Below, piece by piece: positions 25,253-38,143 of a stretch of DNA of 64,000 nucleotides. The stretch comes from Octopus sinensis (taxonomy: Eukaryota): NCBI RefSeq assembly GCF_006345805.1, contig NC_043000.1:142166001-142230000 (forward strand), in the 5' to 3' direction. Position 1 is the first letter of the stretch. Each line of letters begins with the position of its first letter. The notes below the pieces were generated by a model. It was not told the DNA's origin and did not search any database. It saw only the letters and a program-made list of their open reading frames with translations. The position numbers were made by a program, and so were the translations under genes.

Positions 25253-25440
25253 AATGCTGTACCAGTCAGAGGCTCTCATAGCTTCTCATCTTAACTTATT
25301 GGAGGTGTTATCATGTACATTGTATTTTTTTAGTATAAAAAATGGGCTACAGCAAATATTTTGCTTGACAGTTGTTTCACATTAACTAGTTGAGCATGTA
25401 CCTTAATATATGCTTTGTGCATCTCAGTTCACTAGCAGAA
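25253..25440 (+). mobile_element. 5' fragment of the 555-bp (AAT)n-associated element
   Basis: ATGC.GTACCAG...GGCTCTCAT.GCTTCT.ATCTTAACT...GTGTTATCATGTACATTG matches the reverse complement of 16940-17035. Confidence 0.8.
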
Positions 25441-25920
25441 GATATACCGAAGCGCTCAAGAACATTGGGCTATCGGAGGGATACGAAAAATAATGAGAAG
25501 CAAAAAACGGGTTATCAATACTTATATAATAAGATATATTCCGTTGTAAATATATTACGTGCACAAAATCGTACAATAAAAATATATAGATATATAAATA
25601 TTTCAAAACTACATTAAAAATATATAACTATATATTAATACAAATACACTGAAATTGTTAAAAGATTAATATTTCAATTAAATCTTGTAAAAGCTTGGAT
25701 TACACTTTCTTCTCTAACACTTCACTTCTAATATTATTGATAGCATCATATTAATACTACTCTATAAGAAAAAATACATAACACACGCGTCCGTTAATGT
25801 TAAGTGTAGCTCTTTATAAAGTCTATCAATTAGGAATTCTACCACATTCGCATAACATATGTAAACCTATCAGTTGCTAACTTCCCCGAAGAAGGAGGCG
25901 ATGGTTTTTATTCCGAGGAA

Positions 25921-26380
25921 ACAAGTTATACTGAGATGCAATTCGTAAAAGCCCGGAATTTACATAGATGTATAAAAGGTGAACATTTATGTATGCTACG
26001 TCAGATACATTGGTTGTTCGTCTGGTATGTTGATTTTTGGTCATTCATTATAAATCTTGAATTATGCGTGCACTGACGATTAAGAAGTGCATTTCTGCAC
26101 TAATTATGAAATCATGTGATTTGCAGCTGAATTCTGTTTTTAAGCGGCCAGCTTCGAGAGTTCTATTCCCTCGCTTTCGGTACGATGTGTTTATTTATTT
26201 TGGTAGTTTTGACTTTAAGAGTCCCTCCTAGCGTGTGGTATTTATATATAGTAATGCCCTCTATATGATATAAATAAATATATTTAAGAGAAAAATTGTT
26301 GGATTTTTCTCTTATGAGGTTTTTCACGCAAACTACTTGATAAATTCATATAAAGATTTTATCCTATTTTTAAGTTGTAA
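25921..26380 (+). mobile_element. second, circularly permuted copy of the hammerhead-bearing element
   Basis: Shares ACAAGT..CTGAGATG, a TATA-like box, the hammerhead, AG.GTGTGG.ATT...GTAAT and GGTTTTTCAC....CTACTTGATAAA with 11055-11598; ends at (TA)n. Confidence 0.6.
26059..26134 (+). ncRNA. type I hammerhead ribozyme motif
   Basis: TGCA-CTGACGA-[TTAAGA AGTGCA TTTC TGCACT AATTAT]-GAAA-TCA TG TGA-TT-TGCA; stem I extends via GC/GC and GAATT/AATTC. Confidence 0.65.
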
Positions 26381-26412
26381 ATATATATATATTATGTATA
26401 TATTATATATAT

Positions 26413-26462
<50 letters not shown>

Positions 26463-28335
26463 ATGTATTTATATATATATATACATATGTACATATATTC
26501 ATGCATCTTGACCATTTGATCTAGTGTTTTTTTGCGCAAAATATGCATTTTTTAAAAGAAAGTAAAAAAATCTGATATATAATCATGTAGACTTTTAGCC
26601 TCATTTCTTTGAACGCATGATGTTGTGGAGAAAATAAAATTGAAGAAAAAGGTTTCAGAGGTTTAAAAATCGGAAAAACTGGGTATTTTTAGCCAAGAAC
26701 GAGACAGAAATTTTCTGCGTTTAGCGGAGCAGTGCCAACTTTAAGACTGTACCCTGTGAAATTTATAGTTTAGCGTCTGACCTGTGCCTTGTAGTTTTCG
26801 AAATACCTAATATAATCAACATGTATCATCTTACTGTTTCTTTTATATTAATGTATTTTTCTGCATGTGTTTACTTTATGAGTACTTTAGTATCATGTAT
26901 ATCTACCATGTATTTATGTACATCATTAATATATACGTGCGTGTGTGTGTGTGTATGAAAATGGGGCGTTTGTCTTCCAAATTCCAAAGTTGAGCAACGA
27001 TTTCATGATTGCATTTGTAAACTACGATAAGAATAACACTGGTGAACAAAGAATGTGTCCCAAGAAAAAGAATACATGTATCTTATTTGTTTTTGCATGT
27101 AGAATTCAAAGAAAACGTCAAATTATCTGTATCACCCACAGTTTCTCTGTTCCATGATATTCCTCTCAGTTCCTGTTGCATGGCCTAAATCTCAGTTAAG
27201 CTGTTGAAATGTGAAGCTATCAGTTTAAGAAATACTCCTAATTTAAATTTATATGAATAAAATTAACTTAGTGAAATCATAAATATAATCATCTGAATCA
27301 ATGAGTCCTAAAAATATATGAAAAGAAAACTATATAAAAACAATAACGCACAGAAAAATATGTAATAGACTATAATACTCAGAAAAATTTAAATAAAATT
27401 TAAGCAAATCACGCGGTTGAAATCAACATAGACAACAGTGAAACACAACACAGCGTGCGGTTGTCATGAAAACAAGCTGCTCATGCTACGCTGTCTGTTG
27501 ATTGGCTAAAATTACCCAAATTTAATTCCAAATGACATCAGGTTCTTTAATTTACGAGGTAAAGTAATTGGGTGATCGTAATCAAAATTCTGAGTTGTAT
27601 CGATACACCAAAATTGGAAGCAACCTGAACAAAATTAAAGGGGACTAAATTTGCAAATGAGAAAAAGTAGATTCCGATCAATTCCTTACTCACCACTATC
27701 GGGGTCGTGATTGCTGTCCGTTAGTGCGAGCCCCATATTTCAGAGTGGCTGTTCCAGTGCATCATCCTCGTCTTCCACCGAGGCAACACCTTTCCACTTT
27801 TGTTACTGAAATGATGTGGCTGTCTGGATTACAAAAATCATGAGGATATAAGAATTTCGTAGTCTTATGTCAGATTTTCGTAGCTTAATTCACTTCAAAC
27901 ATTGTAGCAAATTAAAAGCTACTACGACCACCACCACCACGACATGCATACAAACACTAACACACAACCACCTGCGTTGCCTACCTAACTACTTCTCGGC
28001 CCTGCTGACTATACGCTCCGCCGTTACCAGCCTGACTTTCTGTTCTGTCACTGGTGCTTATAATACGTCAGATAATTAGGCTTTTGGTTTATATTGAGAT
28101 TTCTTCCTTCCTTTCTTCTCTAAGTGGGGACTCTTGTAGCATAGGATAATCTGAAATTAAGCCTCAATTAAGATAATCTATCTTCCATGACCGCAGAGAA
28201 TAAACAATATCGAAAAGGTTTAGCACAAACTGTGTGAGGAGTGAATGGTAGTAGAATGAACAGCGACAGTAGCAGCGTCGACAGCATAACTGGTATATGT
28301 AGCAGTAACAAATATAATACCTCCAATAGTTTAGC

Positions 28336-28970
28336 CAGGGGTTCTCAACCATTTTTCATCTATGGATTCCTTTGATTACTAACTTATTCTGGTGGATCCC
28401 CATAGCCATTTGATGTGTATGAACTAGTTTTATATATAATTCTTATATAATTCTCATTTTGTTTTCCGCACATTAACTTGTGTAGGTTGAACTATGTATA
28501 ATGTTCGAGAAAGAAAACGAGCTATTTCTGTGGTGTATGCGGGGGATATGAAATAAAGACCCCTACCTTCTCTTCGTCGACGCAGACCTCTCCGGCGATA
28601 ACACACCATTCCACGTGACCCGACCCGAACGCTAAAAATAGCAGCTTCTGTTCCCTTACCTTGACAAAGCGCTCACATGTCCAGCTCTCTCGGATAACCC
28701 TGATCGAAAACGCCCAATGCTCCCCTGCCTACGCGTGCGTCACTCCTGCCTCTCCTCTTCCGGTCAGCCTCAAGTTGTGGTCAGCTCCCCAGCTGCTGAC
28801 GTCGTCCCACAATTTCTTACAATACAATCCAATACATACATTTGAAGCAAAACTTTTTCAGGGCACTTCAAATGTTATTGTTGTTTCCTACTTTACATTT
28901 TTGTTGCGTGGAACCCCGAAAATCTTATCTGGATCCTTAGAGGTCATAGGATCCTGGTTGAGAACCACTG
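28336..28970. mobile_element. hAT-type MITE interrupted by a solo LTR
   Basis: TIRs CAGGGGTTCTCAACC and GGTTGAGAACCACTG; TSD only partly preserved. Confidence 0.8.
28529..28811. mobile_element. solo LTR, 283 bp
   Basis: TGTGG...CCACA termini, perfect 5-bp TSD ATTTC on both sides, GC-rich relative to flanks. Confidence 0.8.
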
Positions 28971-29428
28971 CTTCAGCCGAATGACGAAAATCATAATGGC
29001 GAAAGATTTTTTGTTTTCGTAATGGATTTCAATTCCCCCAAAATTTCTTAATCGGTTATCTTTTTATCCAACCATTATTTCCTCAACTATTTTGATACTA
29101 ATGCCGTTAAGCAGTTTGTAAGATGAGCTAGCGATTCTGCAATCTTACCGCTTTAATAATGGTAATATTAAATATCAAATATTGTAATGTGTAAATGATT
29201 CATTAGATGTTAAATATTTGACATGTTTATAATGTAAAGTTTTCTCACGTTAATAAAAACTGATTTCCACCACATTTATATAACCTGTGCAAATATATTT
29301 TTTTCTTTAATTTTAAATGTGAAAATAAATTTTATTTGAATTGAAGTTTCATATTTGTAGAAAGTCAATTAGGAATGACAAAAATTTTGAAATACTTCTT
29401 GTGTTTATGTGCAAATACACACACACAC

Positions 29429-29545
<117 letters not shown>

Positions 29546-29822
29546 TGTATATATATGTATGTACTTGTAATTGGACGCTTATAAATTTGTACGTCTTCTG
29601 AATTCTGAGGTGAAAGATAATTTAGAAAGTCTTGAAATGTGTTAATGGAACTGAGACGCATATACGCTTAGACAAGGATATCGGTGCCTGCTATTTTCCT
29701 TGATAGAAGAAAAAGCTAAAGGCCCGGGAATCAGTACACCATGTGAACACTGGTATACAACTCAACTACTTTCCACTCCTGGATCGGTCAGTAGTCTATG
29801 AAACGCAATATACATGCATAGT

Positions 29823-30406
29823 AAGGCGGCGAGCTGGCAGAATTGTTAGCACACCGGGCGAAATACTTAGCGGTATTTCGTCTGCTGCTACGCTCTGAGT
29901 TCAAATTCCGCCGAGGTCGACTTTGCCTTTCATCATTTCGGGGTCGATTAAATAAGTACCAGTTACGCACTGGGGTCGATATAATCGACTTAATCCATTT
30001 GTCTGTCCTTGTTTGTCATCTCTGTGTTTAGCCCCTTATGAGTAGTAAAGATATAGGTATTTCGTCTGTCGCTACGTTCTGAGCTCAAATTCCGCCGAGG
30101 TCGACTTTGCATTTCATCCTTTCGGGGTCGATTAAATAAGTACCAGTTATACACTGGGGTCGATGTAATCGACTTCATCCGTTTGTCTGTCCTTGTTCGT
30201 CCTCTCTGTGTTTAGCCCCTTGTGGGTAGTAAAGAAATAGGTATTTCGTCTGTCTTTATGTTCTGAGATCAAATTCCGCCGAGGTCGACTTTGCCTTTCA
30301 TCGTTTCAGGGTCGATGAATTAAGTACCAGTTGCGTACTGGGGTCGATCTAATACAATGGTCTCCTCCCAAAAACTTTCGGGCCTTGTGCCTAGTGTAGA
30401 AAAAAA
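29823..30406 (+). mobile_element. SINE family B with triplicated 184-bp body
   Basis: One head, then GGTATTTCGTCTG units at 29872, 30056 and 30240; B-box GAGTTCAAATTCC in each unit. Confidence 0.9.
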
Positions 30407-31679
30407 TATACACGCATAATTTCGTATTTACATGAATTAACATATGTACGAAGTCGTGTGCCATGTATGTAACGAAGGAAAATTACGAGTAATATCTCTA
30501 TACCGACAAATATAGAGCTGATAAACCAGCAAATACGTTTAAGCCTTTTGTTTTCTGAACTCAATTACTAATAGTTTTTAAAGAATTATTTAGTGAGAAA
30601 TTGTGTATGTGTCCGTGAGTCTACAGAGCCTTAGTGACAAGAGGGAGGAAGGGGATGAGGTATTATGAAACCGAAGAATTGAACCGCCTGCTTGCAATTG
30701 ATTATAGTCAGAACCTGGTTATATTCTAAGTGCCAAAGTACAAACTGCCGTGTACATTTGATCCATGGTTGCACCTTGATTAAAGAGATCTTTCGCGAAA
30801 GTATATTAAAGCAACAACATAATTTCCCTGCCTTTACCGTAGTTGCGAAATATCTGCAGATGTATCAGCCTCAGTGCTTGCCAGCGCACCGTTTGTAACA
30901 TGTTTGGAATGGCTCAATCACTGGCTTAATGATAAAGTGAATATTTGAAGCACAATACAAAATAAATATTTCGTAGATGCTTCGTGCGTAAAGCCCTGGT
31001 TTTCCAGTCTTAGCTGATATGTATATCATAGATTTCCTTCATAGATACAAACAAAGTATACACAGACACATTTTCATACATTCGGTATATGAAAGGATGC
31101 TGCAATGACTGCTATCTCCCAAACTGCCTATACCATAGACTTGTGTACGGATGTACTCGAATCTATGGTATGATATACCTGACAATAACGCTGCCTAGTG
31201 TGATCAAACTCAGAAGCATAAGGTTGCAAAGCGTGCTTCTTAACCAAAGAATCAATAATTGATTGATAAAGATTTTGCAAGATAGGAATGGAGATAACAT
31301 CTTTGAATTGATACTGGTTCTCTATTCTAATCATTTCTTCAAAGGCAAACGCCACGTATTTCTAACCCAACCTCTTTTACAAAAGGAGACGAGAGTGTTA
31401 CATTTATTATGTTCTAAAATTGCAAGCACATCGCTGCAAGTGATTGCAACTGTATGACTGATACAAACAGACCGACAATCTTCCTTGAAATATATGTATG
31501 TGTATAGAATCGTTCCGCTTTTAGGAACTAGTGTGATGTGCTTAACAGTTACTTTATCTCACTCGCTAACAGAGTCACCATTATTAATACATCCACTTTC
31601 AATAATTTATCACCGAGACCAACAGCCATAATAAATATTACTACTGCTGCAAAAACAAAGAAAACAGTTAGAGACGCAG

Positions 31680-31763
31680 CGATGATGGTGATGATGATGA
31701 TGATGATGATGACGACGACGACGACGACGACAACGACGAAGATGATGATGATGATGATGATGA
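31680..31763. repeat. (GAT)n/(GAC)n compound microsatellite
   Basis: Directly visible. Confidence 0.95.
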
Positions 31764-33499
31764 TAGAGCGATGAAGAGAAGGAAATGTTTGAACGAAAAC
31801 CGTGTGTCGACATCAAAAGAATGCTTGTAATATATCTTGTAGTCAAAACCAGAACTTGGAAGCGCGTAACGAATCGATCGTTTTAGATCGTTTTAGATCA
31901 GCAAACTGTTAGAGCAATTGCAAGATGACATGCAATTGTGATCGATCCATTTTTTTTTTCATGATATTCACAAATAAACTCCCTTTTCCTAATTAATTTT
32001 ATTACTACAAACCTTCGTTTGAGCTTTAATTTGAATAAGCATTTTAAGGTGTATAATTAGTTCTATGAATTGTTAAATTTTACTTCATGAAGTATGCACA
32101 ACTGAGACGCTTGCTATTATTAATTCGAGTTTTATTAATACCGATCTTCTCTTCCACTTATTTCTCCATCTGCAGTAGTATATCAGCTAAAGGAAATTTT
32201 AATAGCTATACTTAAATTACTTGCGATGTCAGAAATGCGAAAGGATTATACGTGATCCTTTACCGTAATATAATAGCTATTGATATACTGGAATTTCTTA
32301 CATCCATGTATTAACAGGCCCATTTAGATTGTATTCTAATACATAACAGATATTTAATCAATAGACTCCAAATGTATAAAATTTAATGGCAAAATTGTTC
32401 GCTGAAGGATCTATTGACTTCTGAGCAAATCAAAACGTTGTTCTTTTCACGCGATTAAGGTTTTTGTCACGTTTTCAATTACTTCCAAATGTAAAGTAGA
32501 CTTAAGAGTAATCTTATGCTGTATGAAAGTGGTTAAAAGGTCGACAGTGTCGAACAAACGAGTTTGAACGTAGTACCTTGTTATGCTAGAAATAGCGGTC
32601 AACTCCCCCTCAATTTTATGATATAGTCTTAAATAGCGAAAAAATCCTTTAAATAGTGTTAGACTACCATAAAATGTTGAGGTCATAGTTGAAACACCAT
32701 TAATGAATTATCTGTTCTATCATGGTAGATCACTGGCTAAAGGTATAAATAATAGCAGTGTAGAACAAATACTTTGTCATAAGTATGCTGCTTATAACAG
32801 CAAATTTTGTTACCTTGAGCTGGTATAGATGAGATGATTACCTCTATATCAAGCGTAGATAAATCGTAGCACTGACGAAAATGTCTGAAATAGTAAGATA
32901 TTCATTGACCATGCAGTAGAAAAGGAATTTAGTACTTCATGATCTCTGTTCAGACGCAGAAACGCAACTCGATTTGTCCTTTTTTTCATGCTCCATATTG
33001 GCTTCGAGGGAAACATTTCATTACTATTCACAGAAAAAAAATCCAATAAAAAATAGTCTTCCTAGAGTCGAATGAGCGATTCTATTTCGCAAGTTCAAGT
33101 GAGTTATGACATCAATTGAATAATTTATTGTTTGAGATATCAGTATTGATTTGATCCATATGTTTTCCATTTTGTTGAGCTTTTCATCGTGAAGGCCAGC
33201 TTCTTTTAACCGGAAAAAAGTCCTTGATGTTTACATACATGTATTTACAACAGCTTTATGACGAGCACTTATCCCTCTCAAAGAATTAAAAGAGGAGAAA
33301 GCCGTTGTCGATTCAATACAAAGTGGTAGTGAGGGTGGATTTGTAGGAGAAAAAAATATATATAAGACTAAGGGGATGACAAGAGTTGGGTAAGGTTGTA
33401 ATTATTTGTATCTTGAGAATAGATTTAGTGCCTGGTGTTTGTAGGTGAATGTTATAGCAGTCTTTGAGCGCAAAAATGAAAAATAACTACATCATTTTT

Positions 33500-34106
33500 C
33501 AAGGAGAACGTACAAAAACGTAACAACAGAGATTTTACGCACGACTTATTGAAATACACGGAAGTCGGTTTGTAGACAGAACTTACAAACCCCATTTGAG
33601 CGTATACAGCTCAAAAAGAAAATAGCTTGAGTGAAAAAAAAAAACTTGTGCTGCTTTAGGATAGCGTGGTGGAAATCTCATTGGTTAGTGATAAAGACTT
33701 ATCGGTTGTAAATGGCCCATAGCGGTCATACATATGCATACACAACCGCACGCCACAACGTTTTTCGATAGAGGGGGAAATGTAAATAGTGTATTTTAAT
33801 AGACGGCGTGCAAACATTTTAAAATAAGTAAAGTAATGATGTACGGAGAACGTACAAATATCGTAAAGACAAAGATTTTTATGCACAACAAAACTGAAAT
33901 ACACTGCAGTGAATATTTAGGCAGATGTGGCAAACTGAATTTAAATATACTGGGTGAATAGAACTTAAAAATAACTCAATTATTTTCAGGGAGAAAGTAG
34001 AAATGTAACAACAGAAATTTTTACGCACAATGAATTTAAATACACAGAAGCCAATTTATAGACAGAAGTGAGGAAGGGTGTAAGTGTGTTAAAGAGAAAA
34101 GAGAGA

Positions 34107-34148
<42 letters not shown>

Positions 34149-34466
34149 AACAGGAATAGACTAAAAGAGAGCAACTATTACAAAGTGTGAGAGAGAATAT
34201 GTGCAAGCAAGAGAAAAAAGACTGAAGAGAGAAATATACAGAGAGAGAAAAGTAAGAGAATCGTTTGCAAACTGCAGAGGTTTTTAGAGAAAAAAACCCG
34301 TGTAAAACACCGTTTCTCGCTTCACGTGGAAGATCTGGGCAAAATTTTATAGTGTATGACCATCCATGGACATAAATAATGTGTGCGTGAAGTTGGGTGA
34401 AAATAGGTTGAAATCTGTAGAAATGCATACATACACACACAAAGGCATCCTTTGTTTTATATATAG

Positions 34467-34467
<1 letters not shown>
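33500..34467 (-). mobile_element. probable non-autonomous Helitron 5' portion
   Basis: Minus strand starts A|TCTATATATAAAA like the Helitrons at 37644 and 50932; internal degenerate 65-70 bp repeats; 3' CTAG end not found, so the left boundary is uncertain. Confidence 0.4.
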
Positions 34468-34498
<31 letters not shown>

Positions 34499-34647
34499 TG
34501 GCCTGCTCACTTAGCCAGCGGTGGCGTCATTTGAAGGCTAAAACAATGCGAAGCGCATTGTGACCAGCGATGTGTAGCAACATCTGATAGCCTGGTCGGT
34601 CACGGTGATCACGGTGATATATATATATATAATATATATATATATAT

Positions 34648-34710
<63 letters not shown>

Positions 34711-34996
34711 AGACACACATACACATATATAATATATATAGAGAGAGAGAGTGACACTCGTACACACATACGTATATAAATACATACATATGTGTATTAC
34801 GTGTGTTTTTGTGTTTGCCTCACCCACTCGTTGACATTGTTTCTTTCTAGTGTGTTCCTGTATCTTTGCAGGTCGGCCTAAGTGTCAATAGACTAAATTC
34901 CAAACTTAATAGTAAGTAAAATGCTTAATACGCCTGGCTAACTACATCAAAGCAGTGCTCCAACATGACTGCAGTCCAATGAGTGAAGTAAAGGAT

Positions 34997-35060
<64 letters not shown>

Positions 35061-35158
35061 GTTAATCCAAACATGAAAACACAAAGACAAAACACAACAA
35101 CGCGAGGACGTGGAACAAGTATAGTATTATTTGACGCTCAGGAAAGAAGGAAAGAAGA
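35061..35158 (-). repeat. paralog of 108-210, truncated by a SINE
   Basis: ACAACAACGCGAGGACGTGG...GACGCTCAGGAAAG next to (TA)n. Confidence 0.65.
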
Positions 35159-35511
35159 GGCGTAGGCGTGGCTGTGTGGTAAGTAGCTTGCTTACGAACC
35201 ACATGGTTCCCTGTTCAGTCCCACCTTGGGCAGGTGTCTTCTACTATAGCCTCGGGCCGACCAAAGCCTTGTGAGTGGATTTGGTTGATGGAAACTGAAA
35301 GAAGCCCATCGTTTATATGTATATACATATGTATGTGTGTGTACATGTTTGTCCCCCCAACATCGCTTGACATCAGATGCTGGTGTGTTTACATCCCCGT
35401 AATTTAGTGGTACGAAGAATAAGTCTTGGGGCTGATTTGCTCGACTAAAAGTCGGTGCTCCAGCATGGTCACAGTCACATGACTGAAACAAGTAAAAGAG
35501 TAAAAGAGTAA
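35159..35511 (+). mobile_element. SINE family A with small internal deletions
   Basis: Aligns with 11992-12406. Confidence 0.9.
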
Positions 35512-37643
35512 TGAGGGAATATGCATATATACGTGTGTAGTACGTAGATACGTACGTACGTACATACATACATGCACACATACATATATACATACATACA
35601 TGCATACATACATACATGCATACATACATACATACATACATACAGACAGACAGACAGACGCTGCAATGGTTTCAGATATACATTACGGAATCTACTTCAG
35701 AATGGCAAACATTTCATGAAATCGGTCGTAAGGTGTTAGCCTGTTGACTTCGGTTTCTATTTCTGAAGCGCTCACCGTTTGACGTCAATTTAATTTAGGT
35801 TTTATTGAAAACCTTGAACTAACACACTACACTGCAATCACTTATTCCATTTAGAAGCAAATCTTATTCATTGTCTCAGTGATTGATTAGCTGATTGATT
35901 TTTATTGTTACGGCCTCTGATTGGTTGCTGATCTTTCCTTAATTGCTGGTTTCTTTAATTGTTCGTTTCGGTTGGGTGATAAGAATTTCGCTTCTTCAGA
36001 ACAAACTATTTTTAATTATAAATCTTTGAAGTAGTTTCTCATTGTATACGTTTCCAAACCAGATTGATTATACGTGGTGGGGCTTAACGTTTATAGTACC
36101 GTTTATTCTCGAAGATAGCACTCATTTGGCTTGTTTTTAGTTTTATTGCTGTTCCTCTTTTATATTTCCTTACTATGAGCATGGTTATTCCGCACGGTTA
36201 CATATGCTCGTTTAACTGGCGTGGCAAATGTCTCAAAGTCATTATTCAATTTCCCTTTTAAAATTATCGATTCAATAAGCTTCCATTCCATGTCGATTCC
36301 ACAGTAAACAATGAAAGACGTGCGCAATTTATCGCCTTGTAAGTAATAATAATCATAAGAAGACATATTCTTGCAGTCTTGATGGGGAAATGGTAAGTAA
36401 TCAAAGAAGCGTTGAAGTTAATTACTATTCGTTGCAGGTGATGACACCTATGAATAGTCGATGGAACAATTTAGCTATTCAAAATTTGAGCAGATTAATG
36501 CCATCGATTTGTTCACAAGAGAAATTAGAATTTGCCGTCTAAATTCTATTGTTTGAAATTTTAAAAGACAAAACAGAGAAGTAATATGTTATGCTGATGT
36601 TCCTAAGTAGAAATACTTGTGCTTCCTGACAAACGTAGTAAATTTTGCATTCGAGTGGCGCAAAATATGTCAGGCAGTTACGTAGTACTATGGACAAACG
36701 GTATCAAATACAGTACAAATTCGTTTATATACTTCTACTGTGTTTCTCACAAGAGGGCAGTCGTGGTGGAGATTAGGCTTCATGTATTTCTGTCAAACAT
36801 ATTAGTTAGGTCAGGCTGGCACTTATCTTATATAACATTATGTAAGGGAACGGTAAGAATACTTTTGTCAAAACATGGTTTTATATAAATTTTAATAGGA
36901 ATGAACGTAGAGTTGAGATGCGCACAAACGTATTATGTCTTTGTATATATGTATAAGTGGGCATGCTTGAATGTGTATGTGAAGACAGAGCGTTGTAATC
37001 TGCTTGAAGCTTTGTCATATGGTAAAATAAAATAAAGTTGATTGGTTTTTAGACTACGAGAAAGAGAGAGAGAATTAAGAATTTATATATATCTAATATC
37101 TCGAGAGAGGCATTATAAATTATTAATACTCCTTTTCGCAAAGTAAGCACCAGGCCACCTTATTTACGTGTGCGTGCACGCACATTTTCAGAAATGCGTG
37201 CGCGTCTGTGTGTGCGCGTGCGTCTGTAGTTTAATATATAGATTCATAGAACTGAGTGGCTTTCATAGAAAGCTCCTCTAACGGATTCGGCTAATAGACC
37301 ACACAGTACTTAAACACAGAAGAGTGTTTTATCAAACCCCATTCAATAAAATTCAGAAAATCCGATAGATGAAATAATTTCACGAGGTGTGTATAAGTCA
37401 TAAAATATAAGGAGGTATGAGAGATAAATATCTTTATTTGACCACATGATATAATTAGAATAATGACCGTTTTACTGATTTCTCATATGCTTATATGCCT
37501 GCATTAAGAGGCATGCTACACGTTATACAATTATAAAATAAAATTCTATAATCACAAATCAACGCAGATGAAGAAAATTAACTCACCAGATAACCAGAAC
37601 ACCATGGTTACATCAACGATTCGCATCTAAGTATATATATAAA

Positions 37644-38143
37644 TCTTTTTATATATAATAGCAGAAAGACCGCCTTCCTGGCTGTTTTCTATTAGCCTTT
37701 TCAAAATATTTTCACATTTAATTCCCAGTTCTAATAATTTTTATATCTTACGTCTAATTATTTCATTGTATAATATAATAGTGTTCACTTGCTTAGTAAA
37801 TATTGCTTTCATTATTTTATCACAGCCATAATCTTTCTTTTTTTTAAAGAAACATAACGGTAGTCAAACAACAGAAGGAGAAGCAGTTTGTCAAGTTTTA
37901 CTTTCCCCTCAAAGCAACATAGAAATTTCAATTCAGCTGCCCATCTGCAACCATTGCAATGTGTGTGTTTGTGTGTGTGTGTGAGAGAGAGAGGGAGAGA
38001 GAGAGAGAGAGAGAGAGAGGACATTGTAAACAAGGAATGAAATAAACTTTTAATGGAAAAATCGTATAAATAAAACGGCATCAATACATATCTATACGCG
38101 CCTGAATGTGTTGCTTGATAACATCCAGGAAAATAGATACTAG
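37644..38143 (+). mobile_element. non-autonomous Helitron
   Basis: A|TC 5' end (TCTTTTTATATATAATAG); subterminal hairpin CCTGAATGT...ACATCCAGG ten nt before CTAG|T. Confidence 0.65.

Noticed and set aside
29872-30406. CRISPR-like or guide-RNA array
   Set aside because: Units are whole SINE bodies with no unique spacers; eukaryotic context with no associated nuclease gene.
36377-36437. Donor ATG|GTAAGT and nearby acceptor
   Set aside because: Would imply a 16-nt exon or a 45-nt intron with no coding support.
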